NCBI RefSeq assembly: GCF_006345805.1
Contig: NC_043004.1
Location: 75,950,001-76,014,000, forward strand
DNA length: 64,000 bases
Reading direction: 5' to 3'
DNA from: Octopus sinensis
Lineage: Eukaryota
Position numbers and translations under genes: made by a program. This document shows, piece after piece, positions 53,433 to 64,000 of the stretch. The notes beneath the pieces were generated by a model. That model searched no databases, was not told the DNA's origin, and saw nothing but the letters and a program-made list of their open reading frames with translations. How positions within the stretch are numbered: the first letter of the stretch is position 1; each line of letters starts with the position of its first letter.

Positions 53433-53716
53433 ACGTTAAACGATGATGATGATAGATATATATATATGTCCAACCTGTGCTAGCACGGAAAATGTACGTT
53501 AAATGATGATGATATATATATATATATATGTTTGTGACTGTTTGTCCCCCCCCCACCATTGCTTGACAACCGATGTTGCTGTGTTTACGTCCCCCATAAC
53601 TTAGCAGTTCGACAAAAAAAAAACCGATAGAATAAGTAATAGGCTTACAAAGAATAAGTCTTGAAGTTTTGTTTGATTAAAGGCAGTGCCACAGTTAAAT
53701 GACTGAAACAAAAGAA
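53150..53716 (+). mobile_element. tRNA-derived SINE family B with internal microsatellites
   Basis: Head GGAGTGGCTG...GGGTTCAGTCCCAC, (GT)n/(AT)n middle, 3' ACCGATAGAATAAGT...AATGACTGAAACAA. Many partial copies elsewhere (about 31.6, 37.4, 39.5, 46.3, 52.0, 60.6 and 61.5 kb). Confidence 0.82.
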
Positions 53717-54119
53717 TTTCAGGTCATTGTTTTTTTTTTTAAAAAGTTTTGTGGTGTAAATAACTCTGTATATGATTAGACATTGAAACTGAGAGGGTTC
53801 ACCTGATATTCGAAGCTCAAAGATCGTTAAGATAATCTAAATGTAGTTTCTATGTTCTTTTGTGGTGATTTCTCATAATTCACAGGTCGCTCTAACAAGC
53901 AGCATATTTTTCTGTTACCTGAAATATCTTGAGGTAATAAAAAAATACGACAAATTCCAACCATTGTTGTGTGGTGTGTTACTGAATACTCATGTGTTGC
54001 ATTGTTAAGTTTTGGGTTCAATCCCACTAAACACCACCAAAAGGTACCACTTCTACTCTAGTAGTTCCTCACTGACAAAAGATGTGTTAATTTTAGTTGA
54101 TGGAACCTTAAGGAGCCTC

Positions 54120-54395
<276 letters not shown>

Positions 54396-54657
54396 CTTCT
54401 CTGAAAATTGCAAACTACAAGCAAGTATTGTCATTTTTCTTTTCAACTAATTGTCCATGAAGCATTGTGAAATTAGGGTCCTTTTCACTTGAAGAACTGG
54501 TAAGGCTTAACAACAAGAAGGGCTCCATGTCTGTTTTGGCATGGTTTCTACAGCTGGACGCCCTTCCTAACACCAACCACTTTACAGAGTGTACTGGGTG
54601 CTTTTTACACTGCACCGATATGGGTGTGTTTATGTGGCACTGGTATGGGTGCATTTA

Positions 54658-54875
54658 AGGTGGCGAGCTGGCAGAATCGTTAGCACACCGGGCGAAATGC
54701 TTACCGGTATTTTGTCTGCTGCTACGTTCTGAGTTCAAATTCCGCCGAGGTCAACTTTGCCTTTCATCCTTTCGGGGTCGATTAAATAAGTACCAGTTAC
54801 GCACTGGGGTCGATGTAATCGACTTAATCCTTTTGTCTGTCCTTGTTTGTCCCCTCTATTGGTAGTAAAGAAATA
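54658..54875 (+). mobile_element. SINE family A with a 16-bp TSD
   Basis: Near-identical to 51027-51259. TSD GGTATGG(G/C)TGCATTTA at 54642-54657 and 54876-54891. Confidence 0.9.
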
Positions 54876-55806
54876 GGTATGGCTGCATTTACCTGAGCCT
54901 GCAAGATTAAGAATGCTCAGCTGGAGAGGAATGCAGGGGACAGGCCTGTATGCCACGACAACCACACTTAGCTTGTGTCTTTTCAAGCACAACAAACCAC
55001 CAGGAGTCCTGGTCTCTCTGTCACCCCCCACTGTGAGTCCCAACACCCATGGATCCTTTCTCACCACTTTGTCCTACGTCTCTTGTCAATCCATCCAGAT
55101 CATGCCTGGACATTACATGATAACGATGATAGGTTCCTCAAATAGTCCACCACCACCACTGTATATGACCAGGGTGAGTCACGTCTGGAATACATCTGAT
55201 TATTGGCCCAGCTAAATCCGGTTCGACTATGGGCTAAAATATAATAATGCTGAAGAACAGAGTGAATCATAAAACAATGCTGAAATGCTCTTATCACCCC
55301 CTTACATGCGTAATTATTGAAGTGGTTTAGCAATTACTGTGAAGTGTGTACGAATTTGTTGCTTTTTTTGCTAAGTATTATCTTTGACCTGTTTGCTGTG
55401 ACTGACCCAAGATTGTTATCTTAAATATTTAAGTTGAAACAAGTGTTTTACAGACATTTAAAGATCTGTTGGCCGAAGAATCTAACAGAATGAGATCTAT
55501 TTATTCCTGTTTAGTAGGGGCGTAGTACTTGCAACGGCTATTAAACTGGTACTCCGTCGGTTAGACTGATGAGTGTTCTAGTTGATCTGTTCAGTGGAAC
55601 AGGATGCTTGTGAAATGAATGTGCAAGTGGCTGAGTACTCCGCAGACGCACGTACTACCCTTAACGTAGTTCTCAGGGAGATTCAGCATCATTTGCATAT
55701 GGTAGTCCTAGTTGATCTGATCAATGGAACAACCTTCTCGTGAAATTAATATGCAAGTGGCTGAGCACTCCGCAGACGAGCATACCCTTAACGTAGTTTT
55801 CAGGTT

Positions 55807-56615
55807 CAATATAAAGACCTTCACTTGGGAACAAAAAAAAATAATAAACCAGCCTGGGAGTACAAACAAATGTGTGGAAAACATATATGAAAAAAAAATG
55901 CAGGCTGACGACCCTGGGGGTGGGGAGGGGACTTTTGGAAAATTCACAGATCTAATTTTTCTGTCATAAATTCAGTTGAAATGGATATATATTGATTTTT
56001 TTTTTTTTGATTTAAAAAAATTTTTTTTTTTTTTATATGGAATCCCATGGTTTTTCGGTTATGGAGGATCTGATTCTGAAAAAAAAATTTTTTTCAAAAA
56101 TTGTGTTTTCAAAATTTCATTATGTTATCACGGTTTTCTGAGATTTGGCTGTTATTTCTAGCATGTGGATAGCCTGCTTGAAGGCCTGAGTGTGTGTGTA
56201 TATATATATTTTTTTTGTTGTTGAAAAATTGAAATTTTACATTTTTTAAGCATCATAATCTTTGTATTTTTTTTTACATATTTCACCAAAAAAAAAAAAA
56301 AAACAAATTCCCAAAAAGTGAAAAGTGATGGAGGGGCAGGGGGAAATTTTGAAAAGGTGAAATTTTGAAAAAAATTTTTCAGAATCAGATCCTCCATAAC
56401 CAAAAACGTGGGATTCCATAAAAAAAAAAAAAATCAATATATATCCAATTTACCTGAAGTTATGACGGAAAAATTGGATCTTGTGAATGTTCTGAAAGCC
56501 CCCCCCCCCCGGGTCGTCAGCGCATATTTTTTTTTCTTATTCGTTTTCCTTACACTTGTTTGTACCCCCAGGCTGGTTTGTTTCTTTTTGTTCCCGGGTG
56601 ATGGTCTTTATATTG
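55807..56615. mobile_element. Foldback-type element with about 260-290-bp imperfect TIRs
   Basis: CAATATAAAGACC...GGTTATGGAGGATCTGATTCTGAAAAA is mirrored by TTTTTCAGAATCAGATCCTCCATAACC...GGTCTTTATATTG. Confidence 0.88.
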
Positions 56616-56951
56616 ACTGTTTTCGACAAAGCTGGCCGTTTGAAATACAATTAAGTACAATTAAGTGCCTCGCTCAAGGACACAACATACTGCTGGGAAT
56701 CAAATTCACAACTTCACAATTGTGAACTGAATACCCAAACCAGGTATTAGTCATTTGAAGTCATTCTGTTATGTGCGTCTGTAATATTTTTTGCAATATT
56801 TCTCATCCCTGCCTTGTTGGAATATAAAAGACATTGTAAGCAACAGACATAAAAACAATGTCACCAATGTGAAAAACTATTTTACTCAAGGCAGTAATGA
56901 CATCTGAATGAAAGCCTGCTGTATGAACCTAACAAAAGACTAGGCCTAGTC

Positions 56952-57117
56952 CAGCAGTCCTCAACCTTTTCACTACGAAGGACCCCTTTTATTTAAATGA
57001 ATTTTCCAACTGACCCCAGGTTATTGAACGATCTGTTAACTTAAGATGTTCACGGTATCCCTAGTACTACCTTATCGGATCACCAGAGGTTTGCAGACCA
57101 CAGGTTGGGAACCATTG
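56952..57117. mobile_element. hAT-type MITE (166 bp)
   Basis: Termini CAGCAGTCCTCAACCT...AGGTTGGGAACCATTG; 8-bp TSD GCCTAGTC/GCCTAGCC. Confidence 0.75.
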
Positions 57118-57949
57118 GCCTAGCCTTTGGCAATTCAATGCAGTCCAGGTTCAATCCCACTGCACACCACCTTGAACAAGGGCCTTGTGAGTAAATTTGG
57201 CAGATGGAAACTGGAAGCCCATTTATGGAACATCCACTAACTGCATTGGCCAACTGGTGGAGGGATGTAAACGCCTGATGGCATTCAGTGCCAGGTGCTT
57301 GATCCAGGGCTGTAGTTTCAGTCAAAGAAACAAGGTGTGGAAGAGCATGTTCAAGAAATGGCAACCACACCTGTTCACTGTCCAAGTAAACATTGGAAAA
57401 GTTGCAGCCACAGCACATGTCTATACATCATTATCCATGGCATGCTCAGTCCTCCTTGCATCGGATGCTGATAACAAATGACCTGTCTGGTCAATGGGGT
57501 GTGACTCTTTACAAAAAGCAGAAGAGCAAATACTCCATTCTGGTCGCCGATGAAGTGGAACAAGACATGATGGTCAGGTGGTAATAGATGATGGATGTAA
57601 TGTAAGCATTTGTCACATCTGCCTGGAAATATATCTAACACTCAAGGTAAGATTTTTATGGGTGTGGTTGATTATATCAATACCTCCACCAGGACTCGCT
57701 GCCATATTTGGTGCACCTGCAATGTATTAAAGTCTTTCATTAAAGTCTTCCTGATTGTGTTCTTCAGCTGCCTTTCTACTCTTTGCCTACCTCTTGATCT
57801 GCTGCCATTATTTTTCCATGGCTTGCAGGACGGCCTGCTGTGCTTGAGGAGACCTATTGTGTCAAGTACATCAACATCAAAATACAAATCGAATGGATAT
57901 TGTAGTTGTGATACCTATGCTGTGACTGTGAAGACCCAACAAATGAAGT

Positions 57950-58403
57950 GAGTTCATGGCTCGCAGGACGGCCTGCTGTGTTAACCTTGGATCGTAGAGT
58001 GAATCGCTTTTCTTGAGGAGACCTGTTGAGTCAAGTATGTCAACACCAACATCAAAATAAAAATCAAATGGAAATTGTTGTTAAGATACCAGTGTTGGTG
58101 ACGCGTAAAAAGCACCGTCTGTATGTGGCTGATGCCAGCACTGCCTGACTGGCGTCCATGTCGGTGACACGTAAAGGCACCAGCCGACCGTGGCTGTTTG
58201 CCAGCCTCCTCTGGCCCCTGTGCGGTGGCACATAAAAAGCACCTACTACACTCATGAAGTGGTTGGTGTTAGGAAGGGCATCTAGCTGTAGAAACACTGC
58301 CAGATCAGACTGGAGCCTGGTGCAGCCTCCATGGATTACCAGATCCCAGTCGAACCGTCCAACCCATGCTAGCATGGAAAACGGTTAAACGATGATGATG
58401 ATG
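57950..58403 (+). mobile_element. (GAT)n-tailed SINE-like family D
   Basis: Collinear with 48895-49365, including three internal modules and the (GAT)n tail. Its 5' part is partly duplicated at about 57815-57920. Confidence 0.85.
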
Positions 58404-58469
58404 TTGTTAATGGTTTCTAGGCCTCTGCTTCTTCAAATATGACAATAATAGACAGGCTTTTGTTTTTCT

Positions 58470-58810
58470 GGTTTTTATTCCACAATTTTCAGGAATTGTC
58501 ATCCTTCACCTACCTGTTATGACACCTATTCATTTGTCCACTGGTCCTTGTAAGAGACTTGTTGCATTCTCCTATAAACCCACATTTCAAATGCATTGAT
58601 TGTATTCTCTTCAAATTTGCTAAGAGTCTATACTTTGCAACCATAAATGTCTGTTGGCCAAACGAGTGCTCACACTAAATAAGTTTGGACAAGTTTTGCT
58701 ATTCCAGATGTTATTAAGCTTGACCACAGACGTTCTTGCCATGGCTAACCATGTCATGATTTCTTTCTTACATGTAGCTTCATCAGAGATTTGGGCCCGA
58801 AACACTTGTG
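58470..58810 (-). mobile_element. RTE-like LINE reverse transcriptase relic
   Basis: AQISDEATCKKEIMTWLAMARTSVVKLNNIWNSK is a decayed LGSxIxxDGxxxxEIxxRLAMAxxxxxxLxxIWxS. Confidence 0.65.
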
Positions 58811-58973
58811 CATTTCAACCTGTAATTTGATCAAAGTTGACTTCAGTAGAATTTGAACTCGGAATATAATGATCCAAAAGAAATACCACATGGTATTTTA
58901 TCTGCTGCTCTGATGATTCTACCAATCCATTCCCACCTATCATTTCTTAAAATATTCAATAGACATTGTAGAG

Positions 58974-59655
58974 CAATAGTTCCAAAACTTTTTCAGGCTG
59001 CTGCCCCCTTGGTTCTAAGGCCCCATTTCTAGTGCCCCTCCCCAACACAGGCATTGACCATTTTCTGCTGCAAATTCAAAACAACTGTATTTCACAAATA
59101 AATCTTAACCTAATTAACCCTTTAATTATTATTATTACTAGCAGTATCGCCTGGCATTGCTCGGGTTTGTTTCGACCCTTTAGAATTGGAATTTTTGAAA
59201 AGTAAAAATTTTTGCATTATGTAGCTTGTTATTTTCTTTAAGTGAACATTTTTCTGGTTGAAACACACCGAAAACTGGCGACACAGCAGTAAAAAAAATC
59301 ATAAAAAATAAGGATTTTCATAGAAAAAAAGCACCTTTTTGATGTAAATAATTTTTGGTGTTAATATGGTCCGATTTGAATTTTCTCTTCTATGGAAGGA
59401 AGAGCAAGCCGTCTTCTATCATACTCAATTTTGGTCAACTTGCGCTCCAGGGTCTCGGGGGAAGATAGTGTTAGTTGAAGGCTACCAAACCTGCCATACA
59501 CAGACAACTCCAACTTTATATATATAGATTATTTTTTTAACATCCATTGCTCCGTTTTGGTCACCCCTTTATCACCCCATTTTTCTTTGATGCCCCCCTT
59601 GATCTTTCCACTTCCCCCAGGAGGTGGGCAGTGCTGCCCACTTTGGGAACAACTA
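58974..59655. mobile_element. hAT-type MITE containing a nested Helitron
   Basis: Termini CAATAGTTCCAAAACT...CACTTTGGGAACAACTA; 8-bp TSD TTGTAGAG/TTTTAGAG. Confidence 0.7.
59138..59528 (-). mobile_element. Non-autonomous Helitron
   Basis: Minus strand begins A|TCTATATATATAAAG and ends with an imperfect GC hairpin (CCCGAGCAATGCCAGG) followed by CTAG|T. These are canonical 5'-TC / CTRR-3' ends in an AT target. Confidence 0.8.
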
Positions 59656-59995
59656 TTTTAGAGAACCAAGGGTAAAAAAATGTTGGCTCTTGGTGATGGG
59701 AGAGTTTTATCTGGTGGAAATAATTAACATCCTACAGTTTGTCAGGAAGTTAGTATTTGACATTTCCACCATCTGTCATGTTATGTAATTTTGAACAGTT
59801 CTACTTTTGGAACAAAAGTAATTATTATATATTTTCTTCCTCCATTTCGAAGCTTTTAAGACCTGGTTTTATTTGCTATGATGGCTGTTAGCAAATATAC
59901 ATCAGTGTTGCTGATGTTTTAGCCCCAGGTCAGGCCTAATCAAGTAGATATATGATGAAAAGATCTCAAACCATGACATCCCAACAAGTATATCT

Positions 59996-60223
59996 GGTGA
60001 GCTGGCAGAAACGTTAGCATACTGGGCGAAATGCTTAGCAGTACTTTGTCTGCCGTTATGTTCTGAGTTCAAATTCCGCCAAGGTCGACTTTGCCTTTCA
60101 TCCTTTCGGGGTCAATTAAATAAGAACCAGTTACGCACTGGGGTTGATATAATTGACTTAATCCGTTTGTCTGTCCTTGTTTGTCCTCTCTGTGTTTAGC
60201 CCCTTGTGGGTAGTAAAGAAATA
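59996..60223 (+). mobile_element. SINE family A with a 9-bp TSD
   Basis: Homologous to 51027-51259; AGTATATCT lies on both flanks. Confidence 0.88.
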
Positions 60224-62601
60224 AGTATATCTTGGTTTACATTATTGCATAGTCCTTTTTTTTATTTATATAGTAGTGAGATTTGAGAGAAATTTGGCTA
60301 TTATTGCTAGCAGGTCGAACCACCACACACATTATCTCTTTGGGTCATGCCATTCTGTATAAACCAATAAAGACTGTTTTGTGGAAGAGCTTTCTGTGTT
60401 GATGGCTAAAAAGCTAAGAAGTCCTTACCACCATTCCTGAGTATGTCAGGTCACTCAATGGAAGGCTTGTTCTGTTCTTGTATATATTTTAGTGTTTTTT
60501 CTTTCTTTCTTAAAAACAGGAATGGAATACATTGGCATTTCGGTTTAATCTAATGCTAAATCTCATCTGACCTGATTGTCCAGCTAAGAAAATTTTTTAT
60601 CTACTTTTAGGCAGAAGTGTGGCTGTGTGGTAAGAAGTTTGCTTCTCAGCCACATGGTTCCGGGTTCAGTCCCACTGCATGTTTCAACTGAAGGTCGAGA
60701 TGATCCTTGACTAAGTGCTTCGTAGTTTTAAGTTTTGTGTCTGTGCTGAACCAAAACATTCAAACATGAATACTTTCATTCCTAAGACTTCTGAAGAATA
60801 TCTGCTGGCATGACCATGTGGTTAATAAGTTCGCTTTCCAACCACACGGTTTTGAGTTCAGTCCCACTGTGTGACACCTTGGGCTAGTGTCCTGGACCGA
60901 CCAAAGTCTTGTGAGTGAATTTGGTAGATAGAAATCGCGTGGGAACCCATCATTGTGTGTGTGTAAAAGCATCTTCATCATTTAACATTTTCCATGCTGG
61001 CATGGGTTGGACGACTTGACAGCAACCCGCCTGGGCTTGCACCAGGTTCCATAGTCTGTTTAGGTTTAGTTTTTACAGCTGAATGCCTTTGCTAATGCCA
61101 ACCACTTCACAGTGAAGGCACATGGCCTAGTGGTTACAGCAGCGGACTCGCAGTTGAGGGATCACGGGTTTGAATCTCAGACCGGGCGATGTGTGTGAAC
61201 TTCTGCTGACTCTTTCGCCACAACTTTCTCTCACTCTTTCCTCCTGCATCTTGCAGCTCACCTGTAACAGACTGGCGTCCCGTCCAGGTGGGGAACCTAT
61301 ACGGCAAGGAAATCGGGAAACTGGCCCTTATGAGCCAGGCATGGCTTGAGAAGGAACAAACAACCAAACCACTTCACAGAATGTACTGGGGGCTTTTTAC
61401 TTAGCACCATCACCAGTGCTTTTTTATGTGGCACCTTGGTTTTAGGATATCAATTAATATATATATTATGTGTGTTTGTTTGTCCCTCCCCTTTGCTTGA
61501 CAACCAGTGTTGGTTTGTTTATATCCCTGTAACTTAGCACTTCAGCCAAAGAAGCTGTTGGAATAAGTACCAGACTCAAAGAAGCACAAGTGTTGGGGTC
61601 AGTTCATTTGACTAAACCCCTCAAGGCAAGAACCCCAGCATGGCTGCAGTCCATTGACTAAAGCAAGTAAGATAAAGAAAAGGAAAGGGAGTCAATGTAA
61701 TTGACTTATTTCCACCCCCTAAATTGCAGGTGTTGTACCAATATTTGAAATCTCAAGGCAGTTACCATGCCAACCAAAATACCTAGCAGCATTTTGTCCA
61801 TCTTTACATTTATCATCATCATTTAAGGTTTGTTTCGCATGCTGGCATGGGTTGGATGGTTTGACTGAAAACTGGTAATCTGGTGTGTGTGGGGGGGGGG
61901 TGCACCAGTCTCCAATCTGATTTGGCAAGGTTTCTAAGGCTGGATATTCTTTCTAATGCCAACTACTCCAAGAGTGTCGTGGATGCTTTTTACGTGCCAC
62001 CGGAATGGGTGCCAGTTACGAAACACCAGCATTGGCCATGACTACGATCTTCTCATGCACTGTATATCGCCAAAGGTCTTGGTCACTTGTCCCTGCTTCC
62101 GTGAGGCAGTGACATTCTGTGTTCAAATTCAGCTGTGGTCATTTTTGCCTTTCCTCCTTTTGGGGTCAGTAAAATAAGTACCAGTCACATACTGGTGTTG
62201 ATGTAATTGACTTGTCTCCTCCTCCCAGAATTGTGGAGGCGCATGGCTTGGTGGTTAGGGTGTTGGACTTATGATCATAAGATTGTGGTTTCGATTCCTG
62301 GACTGGGCAATGTGTTGTTCTTGAGCAAAACACTTCATTTTACATTGTTTCAGTCCACTCAGCTGGAAAAAAAAATGAGTAATCCTGTAAGTGACTGGCA
62401 TCACATCCAGGTGGAGAATTTCTCTGCCACTAAAACCAGGAAACTGGCCCTTATGAGCCTGACATGGCTCGAGAAGGAAAGATTTCTTTATTTCTCCTCC
62501 AAAAATTGCTGGTCTTGTGCCAAAACTTGAAACCAATATTTATTTATTTGTCTTCTACATCATCATCATCACCATTCTACGTTGTCCCTTTTTCTTTTCA
62601 G

Positions 62602-62758
62602 GTGGTGTATCTTATTCTCTCATCCTGCTGACTATACTCCTGTATGTACCACCGAACTGTCTCAGGCTTGCAAGCTCGTACCAGAATTTACCAAGAGAAA
62701 CGTCAAACTTTGTGCTTTGTCTTGTGATGATGTTGAAAGCCACAATGGATGGATTAGG
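62602..62758 (+). CDS. PRDX6: Peroxiredoxin-6 (1-Cys Prx), coding exon 2 with the peroxidatic Cys
   Basis: Encodes [52 protein letters not shown] with the Prx6-subfamily signature [15 protein letters not shown] (Cys codon 62645-62647). AG acceptor, GTTGGT phase-0 donor, 157 nt. Confidence 0.96.
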
Positions 62759-62829
62759 GTTGGTTTAAAAAATTTTTTTGTTTAAGTTTTGACCTGCTAT
62801 ATTCTATTTTAGAGCGTGTAAAATTCCCA

Positions 62830-63560
62830 AGACCCATGGACAACTTCTCTCCAGCGGTCTTTGTCCCTCATCATCGCTGCCATGTCCTGTGTCTCCCAGA
62901 GACCAGTGTCTGTCGTTAGGCCATCAACTTATGTCATAATCGGTCTCCCTCTTCTAGTGTGTCTGTGTAGGGGCTCCCGCAGGAGTACTGAGTGCAGTAT
63001 CAAACTCTGAATGACAATGAGCATATCCAGCTAACCTCAGTCTCCTCTGTTATTTTAAAGCTAACTTTTGGGAGGATCTCGTACAGCTCTGAGTTCTTCA
63101 TCCTAAGTCTATACTGATTAACCCTTTCGTTACCGTATATATTTTGAGATGCTCTGTGTTTCTTTCAATTATTTTAAACATAACAAAGAATTTTGTAAAA
63201 TAACTTAGTCATCATTAAGCTAGTGTTAAGAACATAAATTGTGACTAAGGTTTGGTGGAAGATTTTGATTCAGAACTTATGAAAACAAGACATTTGTACT
63301 ACAGAGCCGGAGGCGGTTTTGGACAGGTTGGTATCAAAAGGGTTAATGTTCCAAGCCATCCTAAGTATTCTTGTGTAGCACCCATCCACCATCTTAGTTT
63401 CTTGGCCAGTGTTCATGTCTCAAGACCTGTACAACAGCAGACGCCACTGCAGCAACGAAGAGGCTTGCCATATTTAGCCTCTTAATTTCGAAACTGCCCA
63501 TATCCAGCCTAAATATTACCTAACTTGTACTTATGGTAGCATCCACCTGGAGTGTGTTGA
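62830..63560 (-). mobile_element. RTE-like LINE relic in Prdx6 intron 2, split by a piggyBac-like MITE
   Basis: Minus strand reads YLG...VDGCYTRILRMAWN | MKNSELYEILPKVS..RRLRLAGY...RGRPIMT..DGLTTDTGL...MMRDKDRWR. Confidence 0.78.
63122..63342. mobile_element. piggyBac-like MITE
   Basis: TTAA|CCCTTTCGTTACC...GGTATCAAAAGGG|TTAA. A decayed relative lies at about 44560-44748. Confidence 0.85.
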
Positions 63561-64000
63561 GTTGTCTCTGACCAAGTTCACCACGTCTCTCATTAATGCT
63601 GACTACATCCAGTGGTCTTCTGCAAGGCAGTGCTGGGAAGTTCCTGGCTTTCGGTAAAAGATAATGCAGGAGGATCAGTTGATTATGATTTTATTCAACA
63701 TACTTACCTGACAGAGGTAAGCCCTGTGAAAGAACTCAGATGGTTGGGCCTTCTACCCTTAAAGCCAGGAACGTTTCGACAACCCCTTGTAATTTAAGAG
63801 AAAGTTTTATTTATCTGATAAAACACAGATACTGTAAATGCATTGTATTCATCTTTTAATGACCATTGTCCATGCTGGCATGGGTTGGACGGTTTGACCA
63901 GAGCTGGTAAGCGAGAACTGCATCTGGTCCCAATCTGATTTGGCAGGGTTTTCCATGCTGGTATGGTTTCTGCAGCTGGATGTTCTTCCTAATGCTAACC

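Noticed and set aside
57197-57810. Short ORFs as host exons within Prdx6 intron 1
   Set aside because: They show faint RTE C-terminal words (RGRQR...IRKT), and exons 1 and 2 already join without a gap; most likely LINE debris, too decayed to annotate.
62517-62785. Single-exon ORFs over Prdx6 exon 2 ([12 protein letters not shown]..., MPKLETNI...)
   Set aside because: Homology is confined between the AG at 62600-62601 and the GT at 62759; the flanking residues are intronic read-through.

Overview
Eukaryotic, AT-rich and repeat-dense genomic DNA. The SINE families and the (CA)n/(TA)n/(GAT)n load look like an octopus (cephalopod) genome; this is inference, not a database result. The only host gene I can support is the 5' part of a 1-Cys peroxiredoxin (Prdx6) on the + strand: CCAAT/TATA promoter at about 43.9 kb, coding exon 1 at 44099-44184, an 18.4-kb intron and exon 2 at 62602-62758 (PVCTTE active site). 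The gene continues beyond the window. Two large tandem arrays can each be traced to a parent retroelement still flanking them. (i) About 145 copies of a 129-bp unit (44-18697) amplified from inside a dead RTE-clade LINE ORF between two GACAGTCT microhomologies, with a roughly 21-mer higher-order pattern. (ii) About 84 copies of a 62-bp GC-rich unit (31877-37081) expanded from the internal module of a (GAT)n-tailed SINE-like element, with repeated orientation switches. Also present: a minimal Penelope-type hammerhead ribozyme motif, R4/Dong, CRE-like and RTE LINE relics, many SINEs, several MITEs (hAT-, Merlin-, piggyBac-like, foldback), a Helitron and a 1.54-kb tandem duplication. Nearly all ORFs in the supplied track are repeat or microsatellite artefacts.
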